Positions 40,301 to 45,554 of a stretch of 64,000 nt of DNA are shown one piece after another. The DNA comes from Candidatus Peregrinibacteria bacterium RIFOXYB2_FULL_33_20 (GTDB lineage: Bacteria; Patescibacteriota; Gracilibacteria; UBA1369; GWF2-33-10). The position numbers were made by a program, and so were the translations under genes. The stretch is taken from positions 60,256 to 124,255 of the forward strand of contig MFXK01000028.1 in the NCBI GenBank assembly GCA_001788835.1, read 5' to 3'. Position 1 is the stretch's first letter. Every line of letters starts with the position of its first letter. The notes below the pieces were generated by a model that saw nothing but the letters and a program-made list of their open reading frames with translations, had not been told where the DNA came from and did no database searches.

Positions 40301-41862
40301 TCAGGGAGCATCTCGATCATGCTTCTATCATCAGCATTTTTGTCACCAGCATCTTCATTTATCTGACCATCACAATCATTATCATTGTCATGACAGCTAC
40401 TTTTGGCATTCATTTGCCCGGTATCTTCATCACAGAAGCCATCTTCATCATCGTCCCATTCTAGATGAAATTTACTTTGTGCATCATAACAGTTGCGATC
40501 ATTGGTGGATGGTTTTTCATCGATGAACTCGGAGGCGGTGGAATCGCGTACAAAGATTTTTGCTAAGAAAAAAGGACTATTCTTATTCATGGGGTCATAG
40601 CCGTATTCTCTTTCCACTCCAGTTGGAATGCCATCGCCATCTGGATCTTTGCCATCGCCGTCATCATCGGTTTTACAGGTGCCAGGACAGCCGTCGCCAT
40701 TTAAATCGCCGTAAGGATCTTCATCCAGCTGATTATCTTTATCGCGATCGTCCCAGCTTAAGTCGCCACCGTCTTCATTAAGCTTGCCATCCTGGTCATC
40801 ATCAAGTTTGTTGGAAGAACCAATATCTTCATCAATCAAGCCATCGTTATCATCATCCTCACCATTTTCAATTTCTTCATCAGTTTTTTTATCGCCATCG
40901 TTATCAAGTCCGTCTGATTTGTCAAAAACATCACCTCGTCTTTCTTGCAAGGTTTTCACTAATTCTTTGGTATATCTTAGGAAACTGATGTTTTCCCAGA
41001 AATCGGTGTAGTTAAGATAATTTTTGAAAACAAAACTATTGGTGTTGTCTTCGGTACGGAATTGGTCGTGAAAAAGCAGCTTTTTGTCAAAATCACTGTA
41101 GGTTTCAATCTCATTATGATAAAGATAGTTTTTGTCTAAATAAGAAGCCAGCAATTCTAGACCGTCATTATCTCCCACTGGTGGCATAATTACTCCGTGC
41201 CAAATTTCTGGTGCTCGATTTTTGGCATCTTGGTTGTATTCAAATGAATCCGTGGTGGAATTATAAATATACGATTTATCTTCAAAATCCGTGTAAGGGT
41301 ACATACTTAGAAAAGTGTTACCATTCTTATTGACAATTGGTAATGGAATAGATTTAGATTGATCTTCAGTGGGAAAATTACTAATCAATACCACTCCACG
41401 TAATGAAGCCAAAGTGTTTTTACCTTTTTCGCCTTCGAAATATAGTTTTTCCAATGCGGCGCTGATATCTGATGGTTTTTCATTATCATCTATCTGAATA
41501 ATCATGGCTTTAGTCAACGGCAATTTTTGTTGTACCAATTCTGCGTATCGATCAATTCTTTGTTTGAGTTTTTTACTGCTTAGATATTTATCATAATCTC
41601 CGCCTCTTAAGCCGGTTAATTCTTCATTGTAGTTATATAAAGCTTTCGGGGCCAAGATAGCCACAATGTCGTGATACTCAATCGGATCTTCATCCAAGAG
41701 ATTTTCTTTAGCGTCAGAACTTAAATTTAATTTATTTAATAAGCTGACGAAGAAATTTTGATTGGCTGCGTAAATAATAGGAATATTGATAATTTGTACG
41801 CCAACGAAGATAGTTAAAAGGAATAAAGATAATAATCGTTGATAAAATTTACCGAATATCAT
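25399..41862 (-). CDS. Giant (5,487 aa) secreted multidomain surface protein. Contains TSP3-type Ca-binding repeats, SLH-like triplets, Ig-like (Big_1), FG-GAP/VCBS-like, DUF11-like and PKD-like modules, plus an unassigned central hydrophobic module
   Basis: Single uninterrupted frame. N-terminal signal MIFGKFYQRLLSLFLLTIFVGVQIINIPIIYA. There are many DxDxDGxxDxxE repeats (DSDGDGLTDGQE, DTDGDNFNDNDE). SLH-like units include FSDISTDDPIYPTIKTLYDNGVLNGT...ITRVEF. FG-GAP-like loops include DYDGDGNNDILV and GDLNNDGYPDFVI. A PKD-like segment reads DASKSFDPNGEISLYGWDID. See findings for approximate module coordinates. Confidence 0.9.
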   Translation of the reverse strand: MIFGKFYQRLLSLFLLTIFVGVQIINIPIIYAANQNFFVSLLNKLNLSSDAKENLLDEDPIEYHDIVAILAPKALYNYNEELTGLRGGDYDKYLSSKKLKQRIDRYAELVQQKLPLTKAMIIQIDDNEKPSDISAALEKLYFEGEKGKNTLASLRGVVLISNFPTEDQSKSIPLPIVNKNGNTFLSMYPYTDFEDKSYIYNSTTDSFEYNQDAKNRAPEIWHGVIMPPVGDNDGLELLASYLDKNYLYHNEIETYSDFDKKLLFHDQFRTEDNTNSFVFKNYLNYTDFWENISFLRYTKELVKTLQERRGDVFDKSDGLDNDGDKKTDEEIENGEDDDNDGLIDEDIGSSNKLDDDQDGKLNEDGGDLSWDDRDKDNQLDEDPYGDLNGDGCPGTCKTDDDGDGKDPDGDGIPTGVEREYGYDPMNKNSPFFLAKIFVRDSTASEFIDEKPSTNDRNCYDAQSKFHLEWDDDEDGFCDEDTGQMNAKSSCHDNDNDCDGQINEDAGDKNADDRSMIEMLPDIFSKKVSETFFSQYYEIYKKFIGEINDMIDYTGRYEINYTDADGNKKNDYDSIINLVTKKDQIVLNFLTGINSAMESKIDSAVNNDLQQDIPLLHKVVLYGTLYYTKDSESKHTDFKDAEFVNHSVKDKDKHTFAHPYILGKPMYKVSNASQCSLYLGDFNKETDAKLIEANKVYNPLSYEPYNKDVNDDDIKGKEYAGCNGEFYYYPQYCFVEAAIAPVFDRANGRKVTKKTSTEHGASYQDCFDFKYGPNFWGEGGLSNGDSHLAFAEDVVESVDDLLNQDPKENYTQEDLDNDIKAEVNEYIEKGEFSNKYTPFNQSYLLIDDKKASLYELIKGIGLDPNNYAQVQEKFFAFGSKSYHLGKNVFRGYTGADIYVDRYYAEKSSDGFTDDSADAKRISSVVYHKEPTNSTIQAQLKDGIATDLPVDNPRYVSFRSKGNAYTELQYPNIFQSKNWDEFQQELGEKGLEIAKLPGGSKFATMLTDIFDEEFQAKVKDAIDWRNMNIDQKYQYVLNKYLNSDPAVDTYDGNKVPNGYEIFYLNTYGASDKISYQANGDTSPETDVNYNSSKDNADKTTTQSPMTDDIKPINLLDWLDAILAWIDTLDDSVYSSDQQSVCGEEGAQILGLQEPITDIVTEENNNSENSAGYQSTQNNKTSSLFIISSKNLLSSDSNDLTNLTVTAKKGNSKFSFINKDDNATTVKLMIENPKNADSLKAFEIISSPETVLVNGQATFKLKSTDIPAKAKIYVMAINQDNLISNKIEIESKKEALRLTIFQKESAGTQDISYEEEILNGLMVKDSDKNDIAEISKTDGTVKLKNISYLIEPLPIKLNKPSRINIITKDKQNLLASIIISFDKATLISNFNDLKTPEKFSDYILIKSNLNLTKSEEKITIKDKGNLLVATIDSYGGVRINPAYNLKLKDDSIFDWLILDDLQNIIAEIIFHPKDNGTFNLQKLEGEIKSLVSFNKTYEQILKFISAKAQAATIFAKDTDHDALPDLEEKMLHTSYTKTDTDGDNFNDNDELANGYDPTQKDSTLFVDLDPLHESYSAVLKLLKRGVLSGVEISSDNLTSHAFYPNSPITREQMVKLSSSLRGINCLEFANGLKEEIDKIYSPQAFPDQNISDELKYCVEFAKNENIISGYKDGPYQNYFVPKDNISRAEAIKIILESAKANVIANTDANLPWYYNYVITAKRYQIYPENRFERLDSSDLTTFQSWFNEQLNTKNEFIQWLEDDMTRGEFAIMVAKSLSNIFDPDSIDTDQDGLNDNSEILQYGTDPNSTDTDSDTIFDYDEIIQGTDPLKADRQKQNDSKNLPDADQDGVNDNEELKIGTDPNNADSDQDGLSDFDELKWNADPKNIDSDGDGLTDGQEVYLAQNPLLQDSDGDTFTDSEEILSGSDPNNQISIPISSENIFKNLSKNLLVVGNYVEEDKSFKEKNIIANVEGENTVYTKRVAADGTSKLYLEAAVLTADGNINLNDNSTIIEFDIATKEYGQIEKDKVQVQNGQANTIFDSSIISGVLDISASVIIGEQLPEVKDQLFIYPGNPAKIDIVPNSRVIPTGGDTKIAASIVLYDQFGNIANDGLQIITLKAEGEGKIVDTEDENPDQDGIQISTFDGMVKFFITSTNYPGNINIKVNVGDNVSDSFQIESRDDLKFNLISSKYLVHAGADDELTLNIKITDGDDQLIDGINIPYKMALSDSTLGIINNSENLEIKSGIANNGFKALTIADKAEIMVSAPGVESSSVIINILPASPDKIILSSVKEQVDNLEAVQIQAKLFDQYGNFAYNNSNTQINFRFTDASKTFGTLSKKSAKTKNGLAEVNLLGNDSSGLLHLIAESNNLISATLELKAVFSLNSGFFQDTKPNALFGSLLGFNGADLNQTDNFASAFTFAGKTEASLSLSEDTNLKQIIASISPQGQIKILDQNYLTTSVIASSKAIDPLSIQLTDPVEQKSLGKVYISLDPLTTNLAEISVAKEINKNTPGIYLLLNPDYQSQFSVKISEKSFANTLQSKTNGRNPASTSTNNNDDENYQGRLNLKTLKLSQNNNLKMAINANGSLELPAKNFKLTINNNFEALTLDIWEGSQNIGQIFYVLKNNQDVSLLDNSPSLTTPPSAINNGISLKLSANAGNLQIKKSKFNQSSFSPYGYLILNTDNDANPNQLPSSNYQSYDSAQDVGGIGFKGDNKHILLFSSGLNLGEATLPYSSEIGILTGDPLIKLDENKNTISATGYDKTIGVPIMSNNDNIQEVIAPFDYDGDGNNDILVAYEDGAINLIQNYGSMKLRTKGQIVFINNGIEAIDKGDFNQDGLTDLIVASKDSCSEGETVCSYIYWNKNGALEREYLPLQMSGKIDQVKVGDLNNDGYPDFVISDEAANVKAFYNYQGQFKKPLPNIDTGNSNSKRKNKIVNPFDHQEETIEGQQIVNLGLKVDDSTNLASELIVKFDDMPTDDKTTDNDNANFYPISIDNEEIIFAYINTIADLAESSKYGVDESGDILEPNDLIKYTIKIKNSSSSTLKNLAFIDSIPGMMDYVQDSIVCLTCSTQGPMISQTSSSDRPFIVQNINLTANSEIKFEYEAKVKSEASIPKVKILLSNLNDDEYLDMALTTEGNNSGQLMRMLSQSKNKNGYISYLESLSAPPEPVNPTKDLDLDVPIKIPPDNNKNGIPDDYEKDSLPPSVNDYKKTLLEGDSDGDGLPDEWDNTIGSPQDIYDALKGEYSQKPSGTSPQAMIDSAMKSYGVIDADLNKALDKVNGAVDKAMSFLTCGSGCLALPMNVAFLVPGMYQVFGTPVMMDPLPLPILGTIPFLPVVCSAITCYPSTPANFRFYISPTLNGGLGTAICIGTFPFGKCWAFAIPIWDIISATTNLDICGTINGAIEGAIANANNAIESTKGVMAIALGGDSNAGNSIDTKTTGGIQSYNLGKYNVKAVVSKNIRVPGFPSVFTDWWSRQSDEFASLLDLPDLIFIYPDFKSITGASNNKIQQNFSQKMTSPNDILTALNKLPLLKIQPQEIVIKLPTYSPEEITRIKKEAKIWLKNLNDNFKQVSKNWTGVSGENYKRAVLELMGNVEKNIATLEAYANLPMQIIQIKQQVLYYTYQILCYVEAIIDFTIGYIQTNTQRIGTWVAEIRNIIKTVKTWKGFINLAVEYQEGCDKCKTQRLTLYQLLLSLFVFIPDIPILDLPKWPNIIIDVSHIQAGLTITWPVIKFEPDAINIPALPQLTLPQIVPLETNLPQVPLLPSPPDLSIFNLPKLPPLSFPKLPNIPPAPTLPKLPNELTIVSSILSKIIKIVCIIRSGFLPTSELKLKTVIEDLTARPLTPVLPIDLSLATSEIPNLKIDFYDLIRIDAFTNFSLQTTFITDLANKAAENANKFSDKLTETINKGFKYVTNTAQSATDTVIQKAGEDINNSVEDLNNLTNNALTPSGSEPMPPTQEQSLSSPESYNYNDLENLKNIYVHNLLQVTKTFTEKSKKFNTEKEKFEKDIYLVADSQNFDIQKLMAKYPLPEIEKKAMADLDSPLALNENLKPYLSLRQELLGYMDKENSLNETLIANQNNQNFYKLLTNNSDPFVLAGNNFATYQNIVFDNRTYQPNLNAQNHVIDILQSQLQEEVLKIKEAEKQLTAQVSLSDVSNNSSMAPQMVNKGIFIYDSKQQINDRLMNYIDDSLNSRLVMFDADNDGDDDIVYSIGPDLYIKFNKTNKASQKFLSRSPEITDLASINVHYPTLNDLHTLSNNDQTVSFNFLYENRLNDFYGYLAEIRKSRTAFDRKLSKSISRKLFILPELIKSNNATTDTNINEIKFEALKGSPNISKSSDFIESNALGPNDNIYTDADSQIALIFADGSQAIIKEKSSFTIPTLSDKPFTLKLEAGEMDLNISKDSSIFSPGTNLLTANAKLNVNIDDNLKINLNQNQNLAIPDINEAQITLTKFSSNTKLTSYQSDLVNGESDAFYGNRLIHTLNDAEFTINLLKADSSLDESLTYRLTKNKTFTILNGRYGAKIKVKSGLIEIINTTLTSDLQHLSPGMMLFADSSILSTNRDEAEINFLSGPSLNLNRAEVVEFSNINSFKQTLINYSLDNGNYFINFRGFDSHGVFSTDSNVILVSPQVCADNTEPYADPGATEIDLSIFKTKALDASKSFDPNGEISLYGWDIDANTDSDNDGDTSNDYEILSEAASTFNIGPYDDLDPKLIALTVFDRNGHKNTKNIKVNMSVPKIKLNQSTATSGSIEGGLNPAESEIPITILRERDGVLTPLETPSISQDKKYFSDENGQFQVNDLTTLDEFVIKNDQNEVIATLNPDIPRLLIADEKKDEYYTDILSADYNLPTSLAIIDTQTHETVFSTIIVPDVNTDVRTLSNDYKFSANSVSNLNGIFTKILENSLKANTLPGDDPLYPGGLEILDENNLRLAIIATNGNIFLLQKELDLRPKAVEDETDPLVIELTDNKSKLLAEIYISSEKSPDLQSLNSKQVNLSQINPVALDKKDSDQDGIPDKEELIYSLNPLDPKDSAMDNDNDELTNLEEYHKGTNPNDPDTDHDNINDQLDQNPLQPEVSPFSDISTDDPIYPTIKTLYDNGVLNGTEESGQINLKPDEKITRVEFTKIMLGMLCTKPSEQSYQNPPVFSDILLDQVESWIFADTKEAFLKGYITGYLATLDTSTGLTEFKPNAFINLAEQAKIITEVLAKFLTDKKQTIITLPNVQTTEPWYQAWINIAEDLTPYLNFKTELAKPFILTQEEASQPNEDLTRGKFLEIADRVFQIYNCYEVDSDHDGLTNVEEEKLDLDPYVPDSDADHDGLTLTEEQKYGTDPNLADTDGGGVNDFKEIQEATNPLDASDDDTDNEGLSNLKEKKYGTDLNDPDTDKGGITDYQEILRGSDPLNKKDDQPDQVQGFTHSDDLMNQLDQGVYTAVPQCNICPCPTTLENTADLTPKDKIYAGIISSDGSQIFTLSDPVEIELK

Positions 41863-41914
41863 AAGTAAAAAAATGCAATGAAAATCAGGTCAATTTTAAC
41901 ATGAAGAAGGTTGA

Positions 41915-41959
41915 TTTATAAAGTTTATAAAGTTTATAAAGTTTGTAAAGTCTGTGAAT
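41915..41959. repeat. Tandem 9-bp repeat tract upstream of the giant gene
   Basis: TTTATAAAG x3 (41915-41941), then TTTGTAAAG and the degenerate TCTGTGAAT. The tract lies 53-97 nt upstream of the giant-gene ATG. Confidence 0.8.
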
Positions 41960-41992
41960 CATTTTGTAATATGTAAAAGTTATGATGGGACA

Positions 41993-42024
41993 TAAAAAAA
42001 GCTCTGCTTAAGCGGAGCTTTTTT
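41993..42024 (-). terminator. Rho-independent terminator downstream of the pilin gene
   Basis: An 8-bp stem, AGCTCTGC (42000-42007) with GCGGAGCT (42012-42019), including one G-U pair, around a TTAA loop. On the minus strand it is followed by a T7 run (A-run 41994-42000 on plus). Confidence 0.65.
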
Positions 42025-42044
42025 AGTGAAAAATAAATAATTAA

Positions 42045-42512
42045 TTACTTATAGTTTTTTGTCACACAATAAAAAGAGGTTTTGGTACTACCAGCAGGTG
42101 CTGTAGCAGTTGCTGTATCATAATATCCCGTACCAGTTCCTAAATTTTCAAGTTTTGCACATAAGGCGTAACCTTGTTTTCCTTTTGTTGCAGATGTTGT
42201 ATATAAATAGCTTTCGCATCCAGTTGCTATTCCACTATTAGAGGGATCCTTTGGAATGTTGCCATCCATGTAAGAATTTAATTCTGTGATAGCTGATGTG
42301 CAGTTTGATCCTGTTTTATCCAAATAAGATCCATTATCAGCATAATACAATTCTAAAGCGCCGCTTATACTGCTGATGTCCGCTTTTCTGGCAACATCTC
42401 TGGCGCGCCCTGGAGCTGAGCCAATTTTTGGCAATAATGATACGGCCAAGATACCAATGATGGTGATGACAATCAAAAGTTCAATTAAGGTAAAAGCTTT
42501 TTTGTTTTCCAT
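42045..42512 (-). CDS. Type IV pilin / pseudopilin (class III signal peptide)
   Basis: From M43 of the track ORF: MENKKAFTLIELLIVITIIGILAVSLLP. This has the prepilin cleavage/methylation motif (F+1, E+5; Ala rather than Gly at -1). The globular C-terminal part has four Cys. The 42-aa upstream extension in the track ORF is AT-rich and implausible. Confidence 0.8.
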   Translation of the reverse strand: MENKKAFTLIELLIVITIIGILAVSLLPKIGSAPGRARDVARKADISSISGALELYYADNGSYLDKTGSNCTSAITELNSYMDGNIPKDPSNSGIATGCESYLYTTSATKGKQGYALCAKLENLGTGTGYYDTATATAPAGSTKTSFYCVTKNYK

Positions 42513-42681
42513 AGATGAAAAGTTAAGAATTTTTGCTCTTTCTATTAATTTTAGCACATTTTTGGGGAAATAGTAAATTTTTTGTTGAAATTTTATGAAA
42601 ATATCGTTATATAATTTAGTTTGTAAAGTTACAGGCATGAATTTCGAGTTTATAGATACTTTATAAACTTTTAATTATTCT

Positions 42682-42757
42682 GGGTCGGTAGCTCAGCCGG
42701 TAGAGCAACAGCCTTTTAAGCTGATGGTCCCGGGTTCGATCCCCGGCCGACCCACCA
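42682..42757 (+). tRNA. tRNA-Lys (anticodon UUU), CCA encoded
   Basis: Manual cloverleaf fold: acceptor GGGTCGG/CCGACCC, D arm GCTC-AGCCGGTA-GAGC, anticodon stem ACAGC/GCTGA with loop CTTTTAA, variable loop TGGTC, T arm CCGGG-TTCGATC-CCCGG, discriminator A plus CCA. Confidence 0.9.
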
Positions 42758-42824
42758 TTCCTGCCTTACGAGACTAGAGCCTAATTCATGTTCAGGCGAG
42801 TGGAAGGCCATTATTTTTTTGGTT

Positions 42825-45506
42825 ATGCCTTATTGGAAAGATTATAAAAAGCCTGATTTTTTGGTTAAACAGCTTGATTTAAATTTTGAAATTTTTAATG
42901 ATAATGAAGTGGCAGTGCAAGCTAGTTTTGAAGTGGAATTGGATGATTTTGATGAATTTTCTAAAAAAATTCCCACCTTAACTTTGCATGCTGATCAAAA
43001 TTTGGAAGTGAAATTTATAAAAATTATTTATAATAATGGGGAAAAAGTAGATTTGAATCTGATAAAAAATCGTAAGAAGGGGGAATTTGTTTGGCAGCCA
43101 AAATTTGGAAAATTCAGAATTGAAACCGCCACTCGACTTAAACCTGCGGACAACATTGCTTTGGCCGGACTTTATAAATCAAAAAATATTTTATTAACCC
43201 AATGTGAAGCGGAAGGATTTAGACGCATTATTCCTTATATAGATAGGCCTGATGTGATGACGGTTTTTAAGACTGCGATTATTGCTGATAAAAACGATTA
43301 TCCAGTGCTTTTGTCTAATGGGAATTTGGTGGAGAGAAAAGAACTTTCAAGCAGTAAAATTTTGGTAAAATTTGAAGATCCTTTTAAAAAACCGTGTTAT
43401 TTATTTGCTTTGATTGCCGGTAAATTGGCTAAAGCCGAGGATTTTTTTGTGACCAAAAGCGGCCGAAAAATTTCTTTGCAAATTTATTGTGAATCAGGAA
43501 AAGAGAATCAATGTCAGTTCGCTTTCCGATTTTTGAAAGAAGCTTTGCGCTGGGATGAGGAGGTTTATAATTTAGAATGTGATCTTGATGAATATAAAAT
43601 TGTGGCGGCCAGTGATTTTAATTTTGGAGCAATGGAAAATAAAGGATTGAATGTTTTCACTGATGCCTATGTTTTGGCTGATCTGCGGACAGCGACTCAT
43701 AATGATATTATTTTTGTGGCGACCGTAATTTGCCATGAGTTTTTTCATAATTATACCGGTAATCGCGTAACAGTGAAAAATTGGTTTGAGGTGGCGTTGA
43801 AAGAAGGAATGACTTTATTCCGTGAACAGGAGTTTATTTATACGATTTTTCCGAAAGTGGTGGAAAGAATTGCGGCCATTAAAAAAATCAAAAACGTGCT
43901 ATTCCCCCAAGACCTTTCTCCTCAAGCTAAACCGATCCGCTTAGAAGAATACCAGGTGGCGGAAGAAGCGTATGATGTGACCACGACTTATACCAAAAGC
44001 CCAGAAGTGATTAGAATGCTTCAGACTTTTTTGAGTGAAAAGAAATTTTTGAAAGCCATAAAATTATTTTTGAAAAGATATGATGGGCAAGCAAAATCTC
44101 TTGATGATTTGATAGATACTATGAAAGAAGTGGCGCCTGAGGCTTTGGATTACCGACAATTTATGAAATGGATTAATGAAGCCGGTACGCCTGTTTGTCA
44201 GGCAAGAACCAGCTATGACGTGAAAAATAAAATTTTCACTTTAAAATTTACGCAAAATAAAGATTTTTATTTTCCTTTGAAATTGGCTTTACTTGATAAA
44301 AATGGTCAAGAGATGAATTTGCAATTTGCGAAAAATTTGATTAAGCCAGCCAGGCATGATTTGAGAAATGATTTGATTCATATTAGTAAAAAAGCCGAAA
44401 TTTTTAAATTTAAAGCTAAGCAAAAGCCAATAATTTCCATTTTGCGTGACTTTTCCGCGCCGGTGAAATTAAATATTGATTATGATTTAGACGAGTTGGT
44501 GTTTTTGGTTGAGCATGATAATAATGCCTTAAATCGATATGAGGCAGGGCAAAGATTTTATGAGAAGGTGGTGACAAGAAAATTATCCTACGCTCGAGCT
44601 TCGGAGAACAAGAAGAAAAAAGAAAAAAATATAAAAGCGGGAAATTTAAAGATTTTTGAGGTGTTTAAAAATATTTTGGATAATGTCAGAGAACCAGCTT
44701 TCAGTGCAGAAATGATGACTTTGCCTGATATTTCTACTTTGGTGCAAAATGATGATGTTTATGATTTTGAGGCGGTACACTCTGCCAAAGAAGCTTTGAT
44801 GAAAGAAATTGCTGAGCATTTTGAAGCTAAATTTTTAAATTTATATAATAAGTATAAAAAATTAACCAAAACCGATTTTAGTTTTGAACAGGTAGGTGTC
44901 AGCGCTATCAAAAATTTATCTTTAAGTTATTTATCAAGGTTAGCCGGCCAACATGATGCATTTATTTACCAAGAATTTTTGCAGGCCAAAAATATGACTG
45001 ATGAGTATAATTTGTTGATGGTTTTGAGCCATCTGAATTCTAAGTATCGAGATTTAGCTGTTAATAAATTTTATGACAAATGGCAGGGAAATACTTTGAT
45101 TACGAATAAGTGGTTGCTGGCACAAGCGCTGTCCAGCAGAAAAGACACTTTAAGCAATATTGAAAAACTTAGTGCAAGCAAGCATTTCGACATTACTTAT
45201 CCTCAGCATGTTTATCATTTGTTTGTGTTTGGTTTGTGTCGGAATTTAGTGGTCTTGCATGATCAGAACGGAGTTGGTTATAAGCTGGCGATAGAGATGA
45301 TTTTGAAAATTGATGACGGGGGCCAAGGCAATCCTTTTGTGTCATCCAGATTTTTTAAGACAGCCTTCAGAGATTTTGCTAAGCTTGATAGTCAGCGACA
45401 AATTTTGATGCAAAAACAACTTGATCACCTCAAATCCCATCAATTATCAGAATTTCTGGGAGGGGAGGTAAAGAAATTTCTTTCCCATTCCAGTGTTTTG
45501 TGTTAA
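42825..45506 (+). CDS. pepN: Aminopeptidase N (M1 family)
   Basis: GAMENKGLN exopeptidase motif, then HEFFHNYTGNRV...x...LKEGMTLFRE (HExxH-x18-E). The ATG at 42825 is preferred over the TTG at 42819. Confidence 0.85.
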   Translation: MPYWKDYKKPDFLVKQLDLNFEIFNDNEVAVQASFEVELDDFDEFSKKIPTLTLHADQNLEVKFIKIIYNNGEKVDLNLIKNRKKGEFVWQPKFGKFRIETATRLKPADNIALAGLYKSKNILLTQCEAEGFRRIIPYIDRPDVMTVFKTAIIADKNDYPVLLSNGNLVERKELSSSKILVKFEDPFKKPCYLFALIAGKLAKAEDFFVTKSGRKISLQIYCESGKENQCQFAFRFLKEALRWDEEVYNLECDLDEYKIVAASDFNFGAMENKGLNVFTDAYVLADLRTATHNDIIFVATVICHEFFHNYTGNRVTVKNWFEVALKEGMTLFREQEFIYTIFPKVVERIAAIKKIKNVLFPQDLSPQAKPIRLEEYQVAEEAYDVTTTYTKSPEVIRMLQTFLSEKKFLKAIKLFLKRYDGQAKSLDDLIDTMKEVAPEALDYRQFMKWINEAGTPVCQARTSYDVKNKIFTLKFTQNKDFYFPLKLALLDKNGQEMNLQFAKNLIKPARHDLRNDLIHISKKAEIFKFKAKQKPIISILRDFSAPVKLNIDYDLDELVFLVEHDNNALNRYEAGQRFYEKVVTRKLSYARASENKKKKEKNIKAGNLKIFEVFKNILDNVREPAFSAEMMTLPDISTLVQNDDVYDFEAVHSAKEALMKEIAEHFEAKFLNLYNKYKKLTKTDFSFEQVGVSAIKNLSLSYLSRLAGQHDAFIYQEFLQAKNMTDEYNLLMVLSHLNSKYRDLAVNKFYDKWQGNTLITNKWLLAQALSSRKDTLSNIEKLSASKHFDITYPQHVYHLFVFGLCRNLVVLHDQNGVGYKLAIEMILKIDDGGQGNPFVSSRFFKTAFRDFAKLDSQRQILMQKQLDHLKSHQLSEFLGGEVKKFLSHSSVLC

Positions 45507-45554
45507 AATTTATAGTTAATAAAAGTTATTCCTGAATTTTATAAATTATAAATA

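Noticed and set aside
25867-41011. More than 30 short ORFs (60-108 aa) inside the giant gene. Most are on the plus strand; the rest are in alternative minus-strand frames (for example 27717-28043, 32136-32327, 36798-36989, 38850-39044, 39459-39650).
   Set aside because: All are nested in the single long frame and none has a recognisable motif. Their number is what one expects from the antisense and off-frames of 16 kb of coding DNA.
25399-41862. Diversity-generating retroelement targeting the giant protein.
   Set aside because: There is no reverse transcriptase gene in the window. I could not see a template/variable repeat pair of near-identical stretches of about 100 bp differing at adenines. 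A trans-acting DGR elsewhere cannot be excluded.
41915-41959. Possible mini-CRISPR or other spaced repeat array.
   Set aside because: The 9-bp units are directly contiguous with no spacers, are far too short, and no cas genes are present. It is a simple tandem repeat.
42513-42638. 42-codon N-terminal extension of the pilin ORF in the track.
   Set aside because: A class III signal peptide must sit at the extreme N-terminus. M43 (MENKKAFTLIEL) gives a canonical prepilin. The extension is AT-rich non-coding-looking sequence that contains the shared upstream motif.
25399-42757. Pilin + giant gene as a tRNA-Lys-integrated genomic island.
   Set aside because: There is no integrase and no visible duplicate of the tRNA 3' end at the far boundary. 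Composition looks like the rest of the window. The tRNA adjacency alone is not evidence.
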